From Octopus vulgaris (lineage: Eukaryota): a stretch of 64,000 bases of DNA. Below, one piece after another: positions 12,217 to 25,397 of the stretch; the stretch's first letter is position 1, and each line of letters starts with the position of its first letter. The position numbers and the translations under genes were made by a program. Under the pieces are notes generated by a model, which made no database searches, had not been told where the DNA came from, and saw nothing but the letters and a program-made list of their open reading frames with translations. The stretch lies in assembly GCA_951406725.2 (NCBI GenBank), contig OX597816.1, positions 180,358,001-180,422,000 of the forward strand, given 5' to 3'.

Positions 12217-12601
12217 ATGTGGAAGCACTCCGTCGGTTACAATGACGAGGGTTCCGGTTGATCCGATCAACGGAACAGCCTGCTCGTGAAATTAACGTGG
12301 AAGTGGCTGAGCACTCCACAGACACGTGCACCCTTAACGTGGTTCTCGGGGATATTCAGCGTGACACAGAGAGTGACAAGGCCGGCCCTTTGAAATACAG
12401 GTACAACAGAAACAGGAAGTAAGAGTGAGAGAAAGTTGTGGTGAAAGAGTACAGCAGGGATCACCACCATCCCCTGCCGGAGCCTCGTGGAGCTTTAAGT
12501 GTTTTCGCTCAATAAACACTCACAATGCCTGGTCTGGGAATCGAAACCGCGATCCTATGACCGCGAGTCCGCTGCCCTAACCACTGGGCCATTGCGCCTC
12601 C
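12217..12601 (-). mobile_element. SINE family C, tail type 2, full length with 11-bp target-site duplication
   Basis: tRNA-like head at about 12525-12601. Direct repeat aataatcacat at 12206-12216 and 12602-12612. Confidence 0.9.
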
Positions 12602-13032
12602 AATAATCACATGTACAACTACTGTAGATAGTTGTATTACATATATTTGAATGCTGACCACAAATGCATATGTAATACTTTGTAAAGCAAAATACATTAA
12701 AATAATCATCACGTAAATGTAATAGTTGTATAACATAGTCAAATGCTAACCATGTACGTAAATGTAGTTATTAACATTGCAAACTATGTTCAAGCATTGA
12801 TTACATGTAGATATAATTAATGATGGAAGTGAGTTTTAGGAGCTAGAGGTTGACCATGGTCATTGAGACTGGGGTTAGAATGGTGAGGTGTTAGATGCTT
12901 GAAGAATCCTCCTTTACCTGCTATCAGCTGAGAAGTAGAGAAAGTCCGTTCCATTTTTATCACTGGTTGTAACAGTAATACAAAACACTATTGAGCACTG
13001 ACAATATATCTCACTGTAAAGTTCATCTTATA

Positions 13033-13737
13033 ATAGGTTGGCAAGAAAGTAATTACGATTTTTTTGAATGACTTTTGTCAATGTTATGATTTTTTTCTTT
13101 TGACATTTGATAGCCATTACTTTTAGCTTACTTTAGAAGCAAAATGCACGTAATTTCGTTTACAGCTGTTAGTTTTACAGCGTCAATTTTAACATGGAGT
13201 GCAAAAACGAACATTTTCACCATATTTTGCTTTTTTACTTCTGTAAAGGCAAGAAGTCTGCTGAGGCTCACAAAGAGATATGTGAAGTTTATGGAGTTGA
13301 TTGCTTAACAGAACGTACATGGTCAGAAATGGTTTAAAAAATCCTGTTCTGGAGATTTTTCACTCAAAGATGACCAACTGAAGTTGAGTAGGTTGACCTA
13401 CTGAAGTTGATGGTGACCAAATCAAAGCCATAATTAAATCTGATTGCCATGTGACTGTACAAGAGTTAAATGTATCACATACAACAATTGAAAATCACTT
13501 AAAATGTCTTGGACTCGTTAAGAAGCTCAATATTTTGGTTCCACATGAATTGAAAGAGATACACTTAACACAACGAATCAATATTTGCAATATGCATCTC
13601 AAATGGAATAAAATTGACCTTTTTTTGAAATGAATCATCACTGGTGATGAAAAATGGATTGTCTACAATAAGATCAATGGAAAACGATGACTTTTATTTC
13701 ACACTAAAAAACTGAAATTACTTTCTTGCCAACCCAA
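13033..13737 (+). mobile_element. Internally deleted mariner transposon with both TIRs
   Basis: TIRs ataggttggcaagaaagtaatt / aattactttcttgccaacccaa flanked by TA. Remnant from ATG 13194 (MECKNEHF..LLFYF..KGK..EICEVYG), LVPHEL (WVPHEL motif) and IITGDEKWIVYN; the C-terminal half is missing. Confidence 0.92.
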
Positions 13738-14452
13738 TAAAATACGCCAGAATATTAACCATGTGTGTAGATACAATTGATAAGAGAAGAGACTACAATG
13801 AACTATTGCTTCTGCACTTGTTTAACACATTCTACCATATTCTTTTTTTTTTTACACCATGATCTAATTTTTTTTATAAATTATGTAGTTTTGAATTTCT
13901 TTAACCATTGTCATGTTCCAGTTCTCTATATAAACTGCTAACTTAGGTATCATCAGTGACTCCTGTGGTATACAACAAATGCTACATTCATTTTCTACCG
14001 TGAGAGTCACTGATAATACACATGTCAAAAACTGTTAGAGTGTCCATTTTACCTCCATTTATGGACTCTTACATTTATTTCCTTGATGGGTTCTTTTTCA
14101 CAGAAATTATTTTATGGGTGAATTGGTGATGGGGCAGAGCCCCAATGATGGTGGTGACAGTGACTTATACCCTTCTGACATCTGTGTTTCTGTACATCTA
14201 AAATTCTAATAATGTAGCTTGAAACACAGTTATATGAAACTCCATAAAATAAAAATCTACTTCTGTGAAAAAGAAGCCATTAAGGCTTATGTAATATAAT
14301 CTGAAATATAATCTGTAGAGAAAAATCATAAATAAATGTAAGAAGAGTCCATAAATGGACTTTTATTTGATTTTCCCTAGAATGTTCTGAAGCTTCTACC
14401 AAATAGTTCATTGTGTTTAGAGAAACATTTAGGCTTCCCAAGTCACTTGGTG

Positions 14453-15720
14453 TATGAATGTCAGCTGAAAAGTTCATAGGATGATCAAGATACTCTCGTG
14501 GAATGTGACCAAACAAAGTTATTTTTCAACATGGTTCCCCTTGCAGTCCACACACTTCTCCCATCAGTGTTGCAGTGCTTGAATTCCATTGGGGAAAAAC
14601 TTTCTTCTTGTTGGTCAAAAAAGTCACGTTGCAGATATGATGTCATCATCACTGTGATACCAGTTCCCAGCCAAGTGTTTTTTCATGTTGGGAAACAGAT
14701 GATAGTTAGATGAGGCCAAATCAGGAGAATGAAGAGGGTGTTCAAAGCCAGTCATGAACAGCAGCCATTGAAAGCAAGGCCCTGTGTGCTAAAGCATTGA
14801 CCTGATGAAACAAGATCACTTTTCCAGGGCATTTGGTCTTGGTAGCTTTTCATAACTGCCTCAACAAGTTAGCATAGTACTCTCCATTGAATGTGTGGCT
14901 CTTTTGAAGATAGTCAATAAACACTATGCCTTTTGCATCCCAAAAACAGAGGCCATCACCTTCCCTGCAGATGAAACAACATTGGCCTTCTTTGGAGCAG
15001 GTGAGGAGGGGTGTTTCCACTGCATGGATTGTCTCTTTGTCTCTGGCCCAAAGTGACGAACCCAACACTCATACAGGATTAGGAAATTCTCAAGGAAACC
15101 AGCTGGATCTGCCTCAAACAATATCAGATTTTCCTGTGGTGCGATCAGCCTGGTGCACTTTTGATCAAGTGTCAGAAGATGTGACACCCATCAAGCAGAA
15201 ACCCTCATTATGCTAAGTTCATTGTGCAGGATATTCTCATCTATCTAATAGGATATGCTAACAGCATTGGCTATTTGATTTATAATCAATCACCTGTCAT
15301 CCAGTGACATGATCAATGTTTTCCTTGGTGGTGACAGTTACAGAACACCCAGATCTTGGGTCATCTTCAAGGCTCTCCCTTACCTTTCTAAATTCAGCTA
15401 CCCAGTTTGTACTCTTGATAAAGCTGGAGCATCATCCCCTAATGTAGTATGTGCATCAGCATGAATATCCATAGGGGCTAAAGCTTGTTTCTGCAAGTAC
15501 TTGTTAACATCACAATGTCAAATTTTGTCCAATTTCAAGAGAAATCACTGTTTGTTACATTTGAAGTCTTCTTTGAACATTTAGATATCAGTTTGCCTGG
15601 AAAGAAACAATGCAGTAATAAATAAGAAGAGTTGAAATTAATGCATGTAAGATTTTATAGCTCTAGCATCACCCTTTCATAGACAACCTCATACTCTCAT
15701 TTTGCCCATGAACTTATCTG
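14453..15720 (-). mobile_element. Degenerate near-full-length mariner transposon (irritans/Himar1-like motifs)
   Basis: Minus-strand fragments HLLTLDQK, ECWVRHFGPETKRQSMQWKH, SAGKVMASVF/FWDAKGIVFIDYL, NGEYYANLL, SPDLASSNYHLFP. Decayed inverted ends aaagttcatagg / cccatgaactt. Confidence 0.9.
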
Positions 15721-15774
15721 TTATAAATTTCTACTATATTATTAGTATTTTTGTTATGATTGTTATTATTATTG

Positions 15775-16065
15775 TTGAGTTCAAATTCCATTGAGGTCAA
15801 CTTTGCCTTTCATCCTTTCAGGGTTGATAAATCAAGTACCAGTCAATATTAAGGCAGTGAGCTTGAAGAACTGTTAGCATACCGGGTGAAGTGCTTAGCG
15901 GTATTTCATCTGTTTTCACATGCTAAATTCAAATTCCGCTGAGGTTGACTTTGCCTCTCATCCTTTCGGGGTCAATACAGTAATTCCTAGATGAGTATTG
16001 GGGTCGATGTAATCAACTATCCCCTGCTCCCAGATTTTAGGCCATGTGCCTATAGTAGAAAAGAT
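15775..16065 (+). mobile_element. SINE family B (partial copy followed by full copy)
   Basis: aggcagtgagcttgaagaactgttagc..ttcaaattccgctgaggttgactttgcctctcatcctttcggggtc..gtgcctatagtagaaaagattatt. Confidence 0.8.
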
Positions 16066-16095
16066 TATTATTATTATTATTGTTGTTGTTGTTGT

Positions 16096-16505
16096 CATTC
16101 TTCAACACTTAGATCTTTTACGAGTTGTGTGTAATTATGTTTCAGCTCCTACTCATAGCGCACCACCTTTCTTAGGAATGAGTTGTTCCAAGCACCACAA
16201 CCATTTGTGCACTCCCTAATATATCTGCTCTACATAAGATCTCAGATTCTTTGAAATTGCAAAAAAAAAAGGGATACTTGACTGTTGCTCAACAAGTCCT
16301 AGTATTTGACTGCCTTCATTCTTTTAGTGATTTCAACATTCCAGTCAGCAGTATGTGTGTATTTGTGCACAACAGTAATATCAGGGCAATTATGTTCCAC
16401 ATACTTGTATGTAAAAATGGTCGTGTCTCACATGAACTTCACCCACTCACTTATTCTCAACCAAGGCCTGTGGAATGTGGTCATACCACTTATTTATGCA
16501 TGGAA
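16096..16505 (-). mobile_element. Old 3' fragment of an R4/Dong-like LINE (restriction-like endonuclease end)
   Basis: Minus-strand translation across frameshifts: WYDHIPQALVENK..KFM*DTTIFTYKYVEHNCPDITVVHK and VVLGTTH..LRKV, matching the R4/Dong consensus WYxHxP..EN..LWD..IxTD..HNRPDI / LLGTAHILRK. Followed by (CAA)n(TAA)n on the element strand. Confidence 0.7.
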
Positions 16506-16614
16506 AATCATGTTGCTGCTTCTGCTGCTGCTGCTGCTGTTGTTGTTGTTGTCGTCGTTGCTGATTGTGGGGTACTACCAAGACATGAGATCAGACAGAT
16601 CACTAATGACCAGA

Positions 16615-17110
16615 ATAATTAAAGCAGAATGCTTTGAGGTATTTGTCCTGGCTGTTGCATTCTTAGTTCAAATCTTGTTACAGTCACCCTTACCATTCAT
16701 TCTTCCATGGGTGATAAATAAATTACCAGTGAAGTACTGCAATTGATATGATCACCAGTACCCCTCCACATAAATTTCTGATTGTGTTTGAAATTATTAT
16801 TAATATTATTTTAAAGTTTAAGGCAGGAAGCAGCATTTCCTCCATCTTTATATTGTGAATTCAAATTCTGCTGAGGTCAACTTTGCTTTTCATCCTTTCG
16901 TGGTCAATAAAATAAGTACCAGTTGAGCACATCCTCCCTCGAAATTGATGGTCTTGTGCCAAAATTTGGAATCAGTATTATGTTGGAGATTAACGCAGCA
17001 AGTAAGCAGAATTGTTAGCATGCTTAGCGGTATTTCATCCATTTTTATGTTCTGAGTTCAAATTCCGTCAAGATTGATTTTGCTTGTGCCAAAATTTGAA
17101 ACCAATGTTA
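16615..17110 (+). mobile_element. Several degenerate SINE family B fragments in tandem
   Basis: Repeated ttcaaattc..ctgaggtcaactttgcttttcatccttt and cttgtgccaaaatttg(g)aa motifs. Confidence 0.7.
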
Positions 17111-17160
17111 TTTTGAGGGTTTTTTTCTTTTTTTGTAGTTTCATCTAGACTTTTCACTGC

Positions 17161-17169
<9 letters not shown>

Positions 17170-17196
<27 letters not shown>

Positions 17197-17396
17197 CTGT
17201 GTCTGTGTCTGTCCCCCCAACATTGCTTGAAAACTGATGCTGGTGTGTTTACGTCTGCGTAACATAGCAGTTTGGCAAAAGAGACCGATAGAATAAGTAC
17301 TAGGCTTCCAAAGAATAAGTCCTGGGGTCAATTTGCTCGACTAAAGGCAGTGCTCCAGCATGGCCACAGTCAAATGACTGAAACAAGTAAAAGAGT
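17170..17396 (+). mobile_element. SINE family A, 3' half starting at the (TG)n tract
   Basis: gtccccccaacattgcttga..gagaccgatagaataagtactaggc..gcagtgctccagcatggccacagtcaaatgactgaaacaagtaaaagag. Confidence 0.85.
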
Positions 17397-18544
17397 AATG
17401 GTAGTAATTTAAAATTTTTTTCCATTCTTTTATTTTACTCTTATTTGTTTTGTATCTTTTGTCATAGTACTTGGAAGGTGATTGTGAAGAATATGTGTTG
17501 TGTAAGCTGTGTTGTAAATCTGGGAGATATTGGTATAGAATATAGACTGTGACTGTATATTGTGCTAAAGGTGAACCCTTTAGTTATACAATCATTCTTA
17601 TGGTTGGAAAATTGTTTGCTTGCAAATCACAAGATGTGATCTCCCTCTGGTCACTTCAATGAAAGTTTGAACTTAAAACTTCAATTGCCATTGTTATTAT
17701 GTTAACTATGGCCGGCAAGTTCAAAGTGATACTGAAGTGACTTGTGGGAAATCATGTTTAGTGATGCATACACAATTAATTTTCCAATGAATAGTAGGAG
17801 AAAAGAATTATAAGTTCATTACGTATAATTAATGACATATTTAGGAGGTAATTGTGTACAATATGCACTATGTAAGTTGTGGCATAGTAATGAGATAATT
17901 AAATATTTCAGTTCTGATCAGTTACTGACATTTACAAAGCTCAAGTAAGATTTACATTAAAATACAGAACACATCTATGAGATGCTGCTGCTGTTGGTGC
18001 TGCTGCTACACACTAACATCGAAGACTGCATCAAAAAAGTCATTTGACTGATTAGCAATGATCCGTTCACACTCTGTTACCTCACAGGTGTGCTGCTTCC
18101 TTTCTTTACCTCTTCTGCATTTACAATAGCCTGTGCTCTTTCGAACTAGCAAGTTAAATGCTTCATCTTTCCAGATGCACTAAAGATAATAATTTGGTCT
18201 GCTGGATAGATGGGGCAGCCTTATCACTTCATCTCACACACCTCAGAGATTCTTTTCTAGCAAAGCAGCCCCCCCCAGAATTTCTTCTTTTTATGTTTTT
18301 GTAAAACAGAAAAAAAGTTGACCAACAAAAATTTGAAAAGAACACTAAATACATTAACTTCACTAGTTTGAGGGGGCTTGGAATGGTCATGGGTTTCGTC
18401 CTTTCAGGTTTCACGAATACATCAAAGGAAAACATATGCAGGCATGTGCACACACACACACGCACGCACACACACACACACATACATGCACCCACCCATA
18501 GACACATATGCACACATACACATAGACACAACACAGAAACACAG

Positions 18545-18755
18545 AAACATTGGTTTCAAATTTTGGCGCAATTTTGGGGTGGCAGTTAAATCCATTACAT
18601 CTACCCCAGTATTCAAGTAGTACATATTTTATCAACACCAAAAGAAAGGAAGCCAAAGTTGACCTTGTTGGAATTTGAACTCAAAATGTAAAGACAGGTG
18701 AAGAACCATTAAGTATTTTGCCCAGCATGTTAACGATTCTGCCAGCCCACTACCA
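18545..18755 (-). mobile_element. SINE family B
   Basis: tggtttcaaattttggc..caaagttgacctt..gaatttgaactc..gttaacgattctgccagc (reverse complement of family B). Confidence 0.75.
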
Positions 18756-18921
18756 CCTCCCTCACACACACATATATCAAGAAACACATACACACCCTTA
18801 ACAGTTTGACAGTTCCATACAGGTAATAATTCCAGGTAGTTACTTCAGGCTATTCAGGATCTTGACTGGGAATCTTCTTTACATACACACACTGACACAC
18901 ACACATACACACACACACACA

Positions 18922-18967
<46 letters not shown>

Positions 18968-20035
18968 TCCTAAAACATACAAATGTGTGTGTCCTGATGA
19001 ACATAAGGACACTGAAAACTGTATCCTGGTGATCTTCAGGCAAATACGTTCACCCGTTCAGCTTCTGGGAGAATTCAGAGAGAGAGAGAGGGAGCCAGGT
19101 TTAACTTACTCAGGTATACTACAAATGCCATTAGAGACTCTGCATCTTTTCATTCTCACCAACACCTCTTCATTTGTTCGAAAGAGTTTTGGTTGAATGA
19201 GTAAGCGAACTTGCTATGTGTCGGAAAAGAGTGTTTGGCCATTGCTGCCAAACTGAAACTCCATTAAAAAAGAAGCAGACAAGGCAAAAGTGAGGGAGGG
19301 AGGAGAGTTGCTGGGGGGGAAGACAATCTTCTGGAACTAATAATGTTTGGACATTTATCACGTATTTACAGTTAATATAATGATTATTAAATAAAGAATT
19401 ATATTGGGGTTATTGTTTATTTTTCCTGGAGATGTTTTTATATTTTATTATCTTAATTTTTTTTATTTAGATTTCTTTCCTTTTCTTTTGTATTTTTTTC
19501 TTGAACAAAAATCTTTAATGCCATCACATTACTCTGCTGTTAACAAAATCAAAAACAGTAATAATAAATACCACAATAATAAGGCTAGCTTGTTGTTATT
19601 TTCATTACTGTTATTGCAGTCAATAATATCATCATCTTGGTTACAGTAGTAGAGATAGTAGTAGTAGTTGTTGCTTTTGTTGTTGTTTATTGCTGCTGCA
19701 TTTTGTTGTTGTTGTTGTTGTATTCTAATTAAGTGTAGCAAATTTATTAGCTTTACTGAATATGTAGGGATAACAATAATATTTATAATTGTTATGAGAG
19801 CAATTGCAACTATGGTGATGGTTCTAGCCATAGTTACGATGGTGAATGATGTATTGGTTCTAGTGAAAATTGTTGTTACAGAAGTTATAGTAGAGGTGGT
19901 GGTAGTTAGTTGGTGGTAGGGGTGTTAGAGATGCTAGTTGTGGTAGTGATGGTGATTAATGCTATAGTGATCATTATAGCTTGGTAATTTTTTTTTTTTA
20001 CAATGGTGGTGTTCATACTAGATAAGATGATTATG

Positions 20036-20139
20036 ATGTCAGTTGTTTCAAAGGTGATGATAGAGGCTATTATGAGGGGAAAAACAATGTCAGTTGTTTC
20101 AAAGGTGATGATAGAGGCTATTATGAGGGGAAAAACAAT
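20036..20139. repeat. Perfect 51-bp tandem duplication
   Basis: atgtcagttgtttcaaaggtgatgatagaggctattatgaggggaaaaaca occurs at 20036 and 20087. Confidence 0.9.
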
Positions 20140-20256
20140 TGTGTTGTTCTGATGATACACAGATTGGTGAAGTAGATGGTTATAAAAAAAAAATTCACAT
20201 TTTTTTTTCTGACAGGCATGGAGTGCATAATACTGTTAATTTTACATGGAGAAATA

Positions 20257-20478
20257 AGGCAATGAGCTGGTGGTAGAATTGTTAGCAAGCATGCCAAGCA
20301 AAATGCTTAGTTCGTCCACCGTTACATTTTGGGTTCAATTATAGCCAAGGTTGACTTTGCTTTTCATTCTCTCAGGTTTGATAAAATAAGTACCAGTTGA
20401 ACACTGCAGCCAATGTAATCAACTTACACCCTTGCTCTGAACTTGCTGGCCTTTTGCCAAAATTTAAAACCAATATTA
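20257..20478 (+). mobile_element. SINE family B
   Basis: aggcaatgagctgg..gttagc..gttgactttgcttttcat..gataaaataagtaccagttgaacactg..gccaaaattt. Confidence 0.75.
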
Positions 20479-20907
20479 CATGGAGAAATTCTTCCTTGCT
20501 TTCCAAGAAATTATATCCAATAAAATGCAATATTGATAATGCCTTTAGATTTTCATACAATGCTATTGACATCCAAAAATGGTAGACATACGAAACAACA
20601 AGATGCTTGACTTACTGAATTCGTCATCAAAGCAACTGACAAAGCCAGTATCTTTTTCTTATTTTGAATGACCAACACAAAGTATGTTTAACTGTTTTAC
20701 ATCAGAAAGCTTCATGTTCACTTGCTAAGGAACTTATATGTTCTGAACATTTTCAAATATCTATATTACATATATGAGATCCTATTGCATTATGTATTTC
20801 ATATACAGAATAACCCTCTGAGATATTTTCCTCTTAGCCATGTTACTGATATTCACAATCAGTATCACTACATACTGTTTATTTCAAGATATACATACAT
20901 ATATGTA

Positions 20908-21243
20908 CATCACCATCATCATCGTCGTTTAACGTCCGCTTTCCATGCTAGCACGGGTTGGACGGTTCGACTGGGGTCTGGGAAGCCAGGGGCTGCACCA
21001 GGCTCCAGTCTGATCTGGCAGTGTTTCTACAGCTGGATGCCCTTCCTAACGCCAACCACTCCGCGAGTGTAGTGGGTGCTTTTTATGTGCCACCTGCACA
21101 GGTGCCGGGGGGGTCTGGCATCGGCCACGATCGGTTGGTGCTTTTAACGTGTCACAGGCACGGAAGCCAGCCAAGGCAGCGCTGGCATCAGCCAAGTTCG
21201 GATGGGGCTTTTTATGTGCCACCAGCACAGAAGCCAGTCGAGG
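20908..21243 (-). mobile_element. RTE LINE 3' UTR fragment (young, CpG-rich)
   Basis: catcatcgtcgtttaacgtccgctttccatgctagc..ggatgcccttcctaacgccaacc plus three ggtgcttttta-type subrepeats; same family as 3277-3745. Confidence 0.88.
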
Positions 21244-22843
21244 TACATATATATCAATATGTATGCATGTATGTATGTATTGAGCACTCTTAGTCTTGCC
21301 AAGTAGAATATGCTTTGATGAGAAATTCTAAAAAGACCTAAATATGTCTGGTGCTTTCATGAGTTGTTATTAAAGACCAAATCTTACTAGTATGTACCAA
21401 TATTGAATATTGAAGTTTCAGAATTTGTACCTTTTTCCCTTTTTTTTTTGGCTATACAATAACCTTACCTTACTAGTATGTACTAATGTTGTATAATATA
21501 GTGCACTTGTATATATTTTTCAAAATCAATTGTAATTTTATCGATGTTATCTCCCTTGTTTGTATGTTTGAGATTTTAAACACTCTTAAAGGAAATATTT
21601 TGCCTTTAATTGCATAAATAGTCTAAGTTGATGTAAGTTTTTTCACCTCAAATTACACATGTGAAACCTACCACAGTTTTATACAGGTGTCCCTCTGTAT
21701 GTGTGTGTGTGTGTGTTTATAAGAATTTTATATAAAAATGTGTATGATTAGACAAAAAGACCATAGCTAATAGAGGCATAACTGTTCTCAAGCTCACAAC
21801 TCTCTGTTATCTGTCTCATGTACTGTTTTGGCACTGCTTCTTAAGTTAGAAAAACAAACTTCCTACTCAAGTGGCAGTTAGTGTGGTAACTGACACCAAT
21901 AATCAATGATCTTATCACTATTCTCAAAATCAAGGTTTGCAAGTGTTTCATTAAATTGATAAAACACTGTTATGTAATTTAAAAGAATTAACAGATCCTA
22001 AATTTTCTGGATTATTTCTATCCATTGGCACTCAAAATTCCAGCTGATAGTTGTTATCGCCTGTGATTGGTTAAGTAGAAAAGGCTTTCTACTTTAAATT
22101 CCTTTGATGTCTCAATAAGCATCTGTTTCCTGTTCATACATTAGAGATAACACAAGTTTCCAGCCTGCATAAATACCAGTGAGACAAACTGAGCTTAAAA
22201 TGCTTTGATCATGCAAGTTGTTCCAATGTGTTTTGTGCAACACATTAACTTCATCTTATTGTCTGTACAAATATATGTAATGTAATAATATGTCATGTTT
22301 TGTACTATACATCCACTCTATATTACTAGTGTCTACCAATACAATTGTGTATTGTGGTATTATGTTTTGTACTACACATCCACTTTATATCTGTATATAT
22401 GTAGCAACACTTTGTGATGCAGTATTATAATGCTTCATACAATCTATCCACTCTCACTTGATAGTTTTATTAATATGTCTTAATGTAGCACAAAAGATGA
22501 GATCAGGGAACACATTTTCAGCAAGTGGTGAAACAATACGCTTACTGCTTACAACTGCACGTGGCCGCCTGATGTGATGGCTGCATGGCTAATAGGAGCA
22601 GGAAAGTAAAACAACTTCCTTCAGTGTGGCTTAAAAAGGAACCTGGACATCTTCCAGCAGCAGCACCAATGCTATTCAACACTGCTGGCTGGATCAATAC
22701 TGTTGGAAGGTACCAAAAACGGTTGTGGTCACCAGCTGGCAGCTGGTGACACTAGTATCCTTGAGTGCAAGTAGTGTGTAAAATATCAATGATAATGTGT
22801 TTTATACAACATATCGACCTTATCTTATTAATATGTACCGATA

Positions 22844-23075
22844 TTGTGGAATGTAGTCCTAGAACCCATGTGTCAACTGGCATTGTGGCAATCAGTTGAA
22901 GCAAGAATCAACAGGGGAAGAAAACATCTAACCTATGTGGACAATTTGCTCCTGGACAGTGGAATGGCAAATGTTGATGAATTAAAAAGATGCATGGGAG
23001 ACTGCGATGGAGGGTGTGCTTGCGTGAAATCATTGAAGTATCTGGGAAGACAGCTAAACTAAAAACTAAAAGTAT
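22844..23075 (+). mobile_element. Old RTE/RTEX-like LINE C-terminal fragment
   Basis: EPMCQLALWQ..RGRKHLTYVDNLLLDSG..DELKRCMGD resembles the LxLWxP..RGRP..TYxDxL..DxG..EL..MxDR end of RTE-type ORFs. Confidence 0.55.
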
Positions 23076-24354
23076 TAGATATTGTATCTTTTGTGCAACC
23101 CAAGTTTATCTCACAAGTATGTCCTAATATTTTGCAATGCAATACAATTGCAGCTATCAAGATTGAGCATTTTCGCACATTGGTCAATACCTTCCTTAAT
23201 AACAAGTTATTTGAGCAGAGAAGGCATAATAACTTTTAAGTTGAATGAATGGGGTATTTCAGCTCCTCTGTTAACATCAGTTAACTGTCTGTCTGTTTAA
23301 TTTTGTTGCATGCACTAAGGCACTTGACTCTCACCAGCCAAGTTCATTTGCTTGGAAGTTATGTTTCACACTTAAGAAAATGCGAATACTGTAAAAGAGA
23401 GTTCTTAGTTCAAATTACCTGTAAATATAACTTGATAATTGAAGCTTTGTTTGATTGGTTCAGCTAGGTAATTATGTTGGGGAATGAATATTTGATGATT
23501 CAAAATTGAAGAAGCTAAAGCTATATGTGATCTAATATCTAATATCATTTTTAGTGCCAAGTATAGAAACCAAGTGAAGGAAGAGACGAGGCAACACTTG
23601 TTTTCTTCAGAGGTCCTCCAAATAGGTGTGATCAATGGGGTTGATATTCAATTTGAACTTCTGTAGCTTGATTCCAGAAGAATAGAACGTGTGTAGAGGA
23701 ATGGTTGGTAAAAGTTGGATCAGATGAATAGGATACTGAGAGAAGGTTAAATGGTCTAAAACAGAGTTAGTAGACTATTTGTTAGTTCAGAGAAACAGAA
23801 ACCAGTATACAGTGAAATTCATGAGTTTGAATAAGTTTATATATCATGGAAAAGAAACTGATATTTTGGAATTGGTTCTATGATTGTGAAGAAAAAGTCT
23901 TTTCGAGTGAGAAGAAGCCATTACAGTAACAATATAAAAGTCAGAGAGAAGAAAAAGCAATGATCATTGTGTTGGTATGTGATTCTTGCTGATCAGCTGC
24001 ATATAGTCAGATATATTGGCATGTGTAGCAGTAATACTGTCCTTGATAACTGAGCAGTGCTCTAAATATGAGGCTCACTTGTGTTTTGTTGAGGCTTAGC
24101 AGCTGATCAGAATGATCTAAAATATTTTGTGGTGTCTGACAAACATCAAGGCCTAGTCTTTGTGGTGCAGTTTTGCTGATTCTATATATGAAAAAGAGAT
24201 TATCAGAGGCTGTGAGGCATAACAATTTGTATAAGTTTATTTATTATTCATGTATAGAGAGGGTGTGGTGCAACATTGCATCCTCAATACATTTGTTGCG
24301 ATTGCATTTTTGTGCTTTTGCATTAAAGAAAGATATTAACTCTCTTCTACTAAT

Positions 24355-24670
24355 CTCAACCACATGGTTTTAGGTTCACTCCTAATGTATGGTACCTTGG
24401 GCAAGTGTCTTTTACCAAAGCTGTGTGAGTGGATTTGGTAGATGGAAACTGGAAGAAGCCTGTTGTGTGTGTACCCCACTACTGCTTGACAACTAGTGCT
24501 CGTGTGCTTATGTCCCTGTAACTTAGCAGTTGAGCAAAAGAGACTGATAAAGTACCATGCTTAAAAATAAAATAGGTACTGGGGTCAATTAGTGCAATTA
24601 AAATTCCTCACGTTGCTGCCCCAGCATGGTCACAGTCTCATCACTGAAACAAGATAAAAGAGAAAAGATA
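24355..24670 (+). mobile_element. SINE family A
   Basis: caaccacatggtt..cttgggcaagtgtctt..gtgagtggatttggtagatggaaact..ccagcatggtcacagtc..gaaacaagataaaagagaaaaga. Confidence 0.8.
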
Positions 24671-25397
24671 CATAAATATATTTTCACATTTTAATGTTTT
24701 ACTTATTAAATATACTTTTACTTATATAATTAACTAATTGTCTAATTATCATCCAGATAAAAAAAAACTCTCATGCTAATTCATTTTGGGTTTTAATTGA
24801 CTCATTATCTACTGTACTGTTCCATTGCATTTACTGCTGTGGCAAATCAGTTGTATAAATAAATGTGTACAACAAGAAAGCTACAATGTATTTGATATTT
24901 GAATAAGGGTGTCTATATATTTTTTCAATCAGATTGGTCTGGAGAAAGGGTCGTGCTTTGATAGTCGCTGTCCCTTTAAACCTGCTGAGACTGATATGGT
25001 TAACATTCCTGTTGAATGTCATCATCTGCAGAAAAAATATGTAGGGAGAAAATTCCAGAGGGTTTACTGAGTATAGTGTTTCATACAGGACTAATGCATA
25101 ACTGACAGTATGGGTGATAAGAGAAGAGTAGAGTGAAGTGAGAGTAGCCAAATGAAGTAGGAGGAAATCAGCCAGTTCTGGGGAGCAACGGCCATTGAAT
25201 TAAAAGTCAAAAAGACAAAGAAAAAGCACAGTTCCTTGCTGAATCTGAGGTCATAGACCATGTACCAACTTGAAGCAACGTGGCAGTCAGCAGAAATGGG
25301 CTGAACGTCCGGCATATTTCTTATAAATTAGGAACCAGTAATATAGGAGTTGATTTCATCCTAAATTCTTTCTTTCATATAAATATATATAGAATAT

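Noticed and set aside
23300-24330. Possible very old LINE on the minus strand (SLIFRALLSY-like motif)
   Set aside because: Only faint motif resemblance; too degenerate to classify without an alignment.
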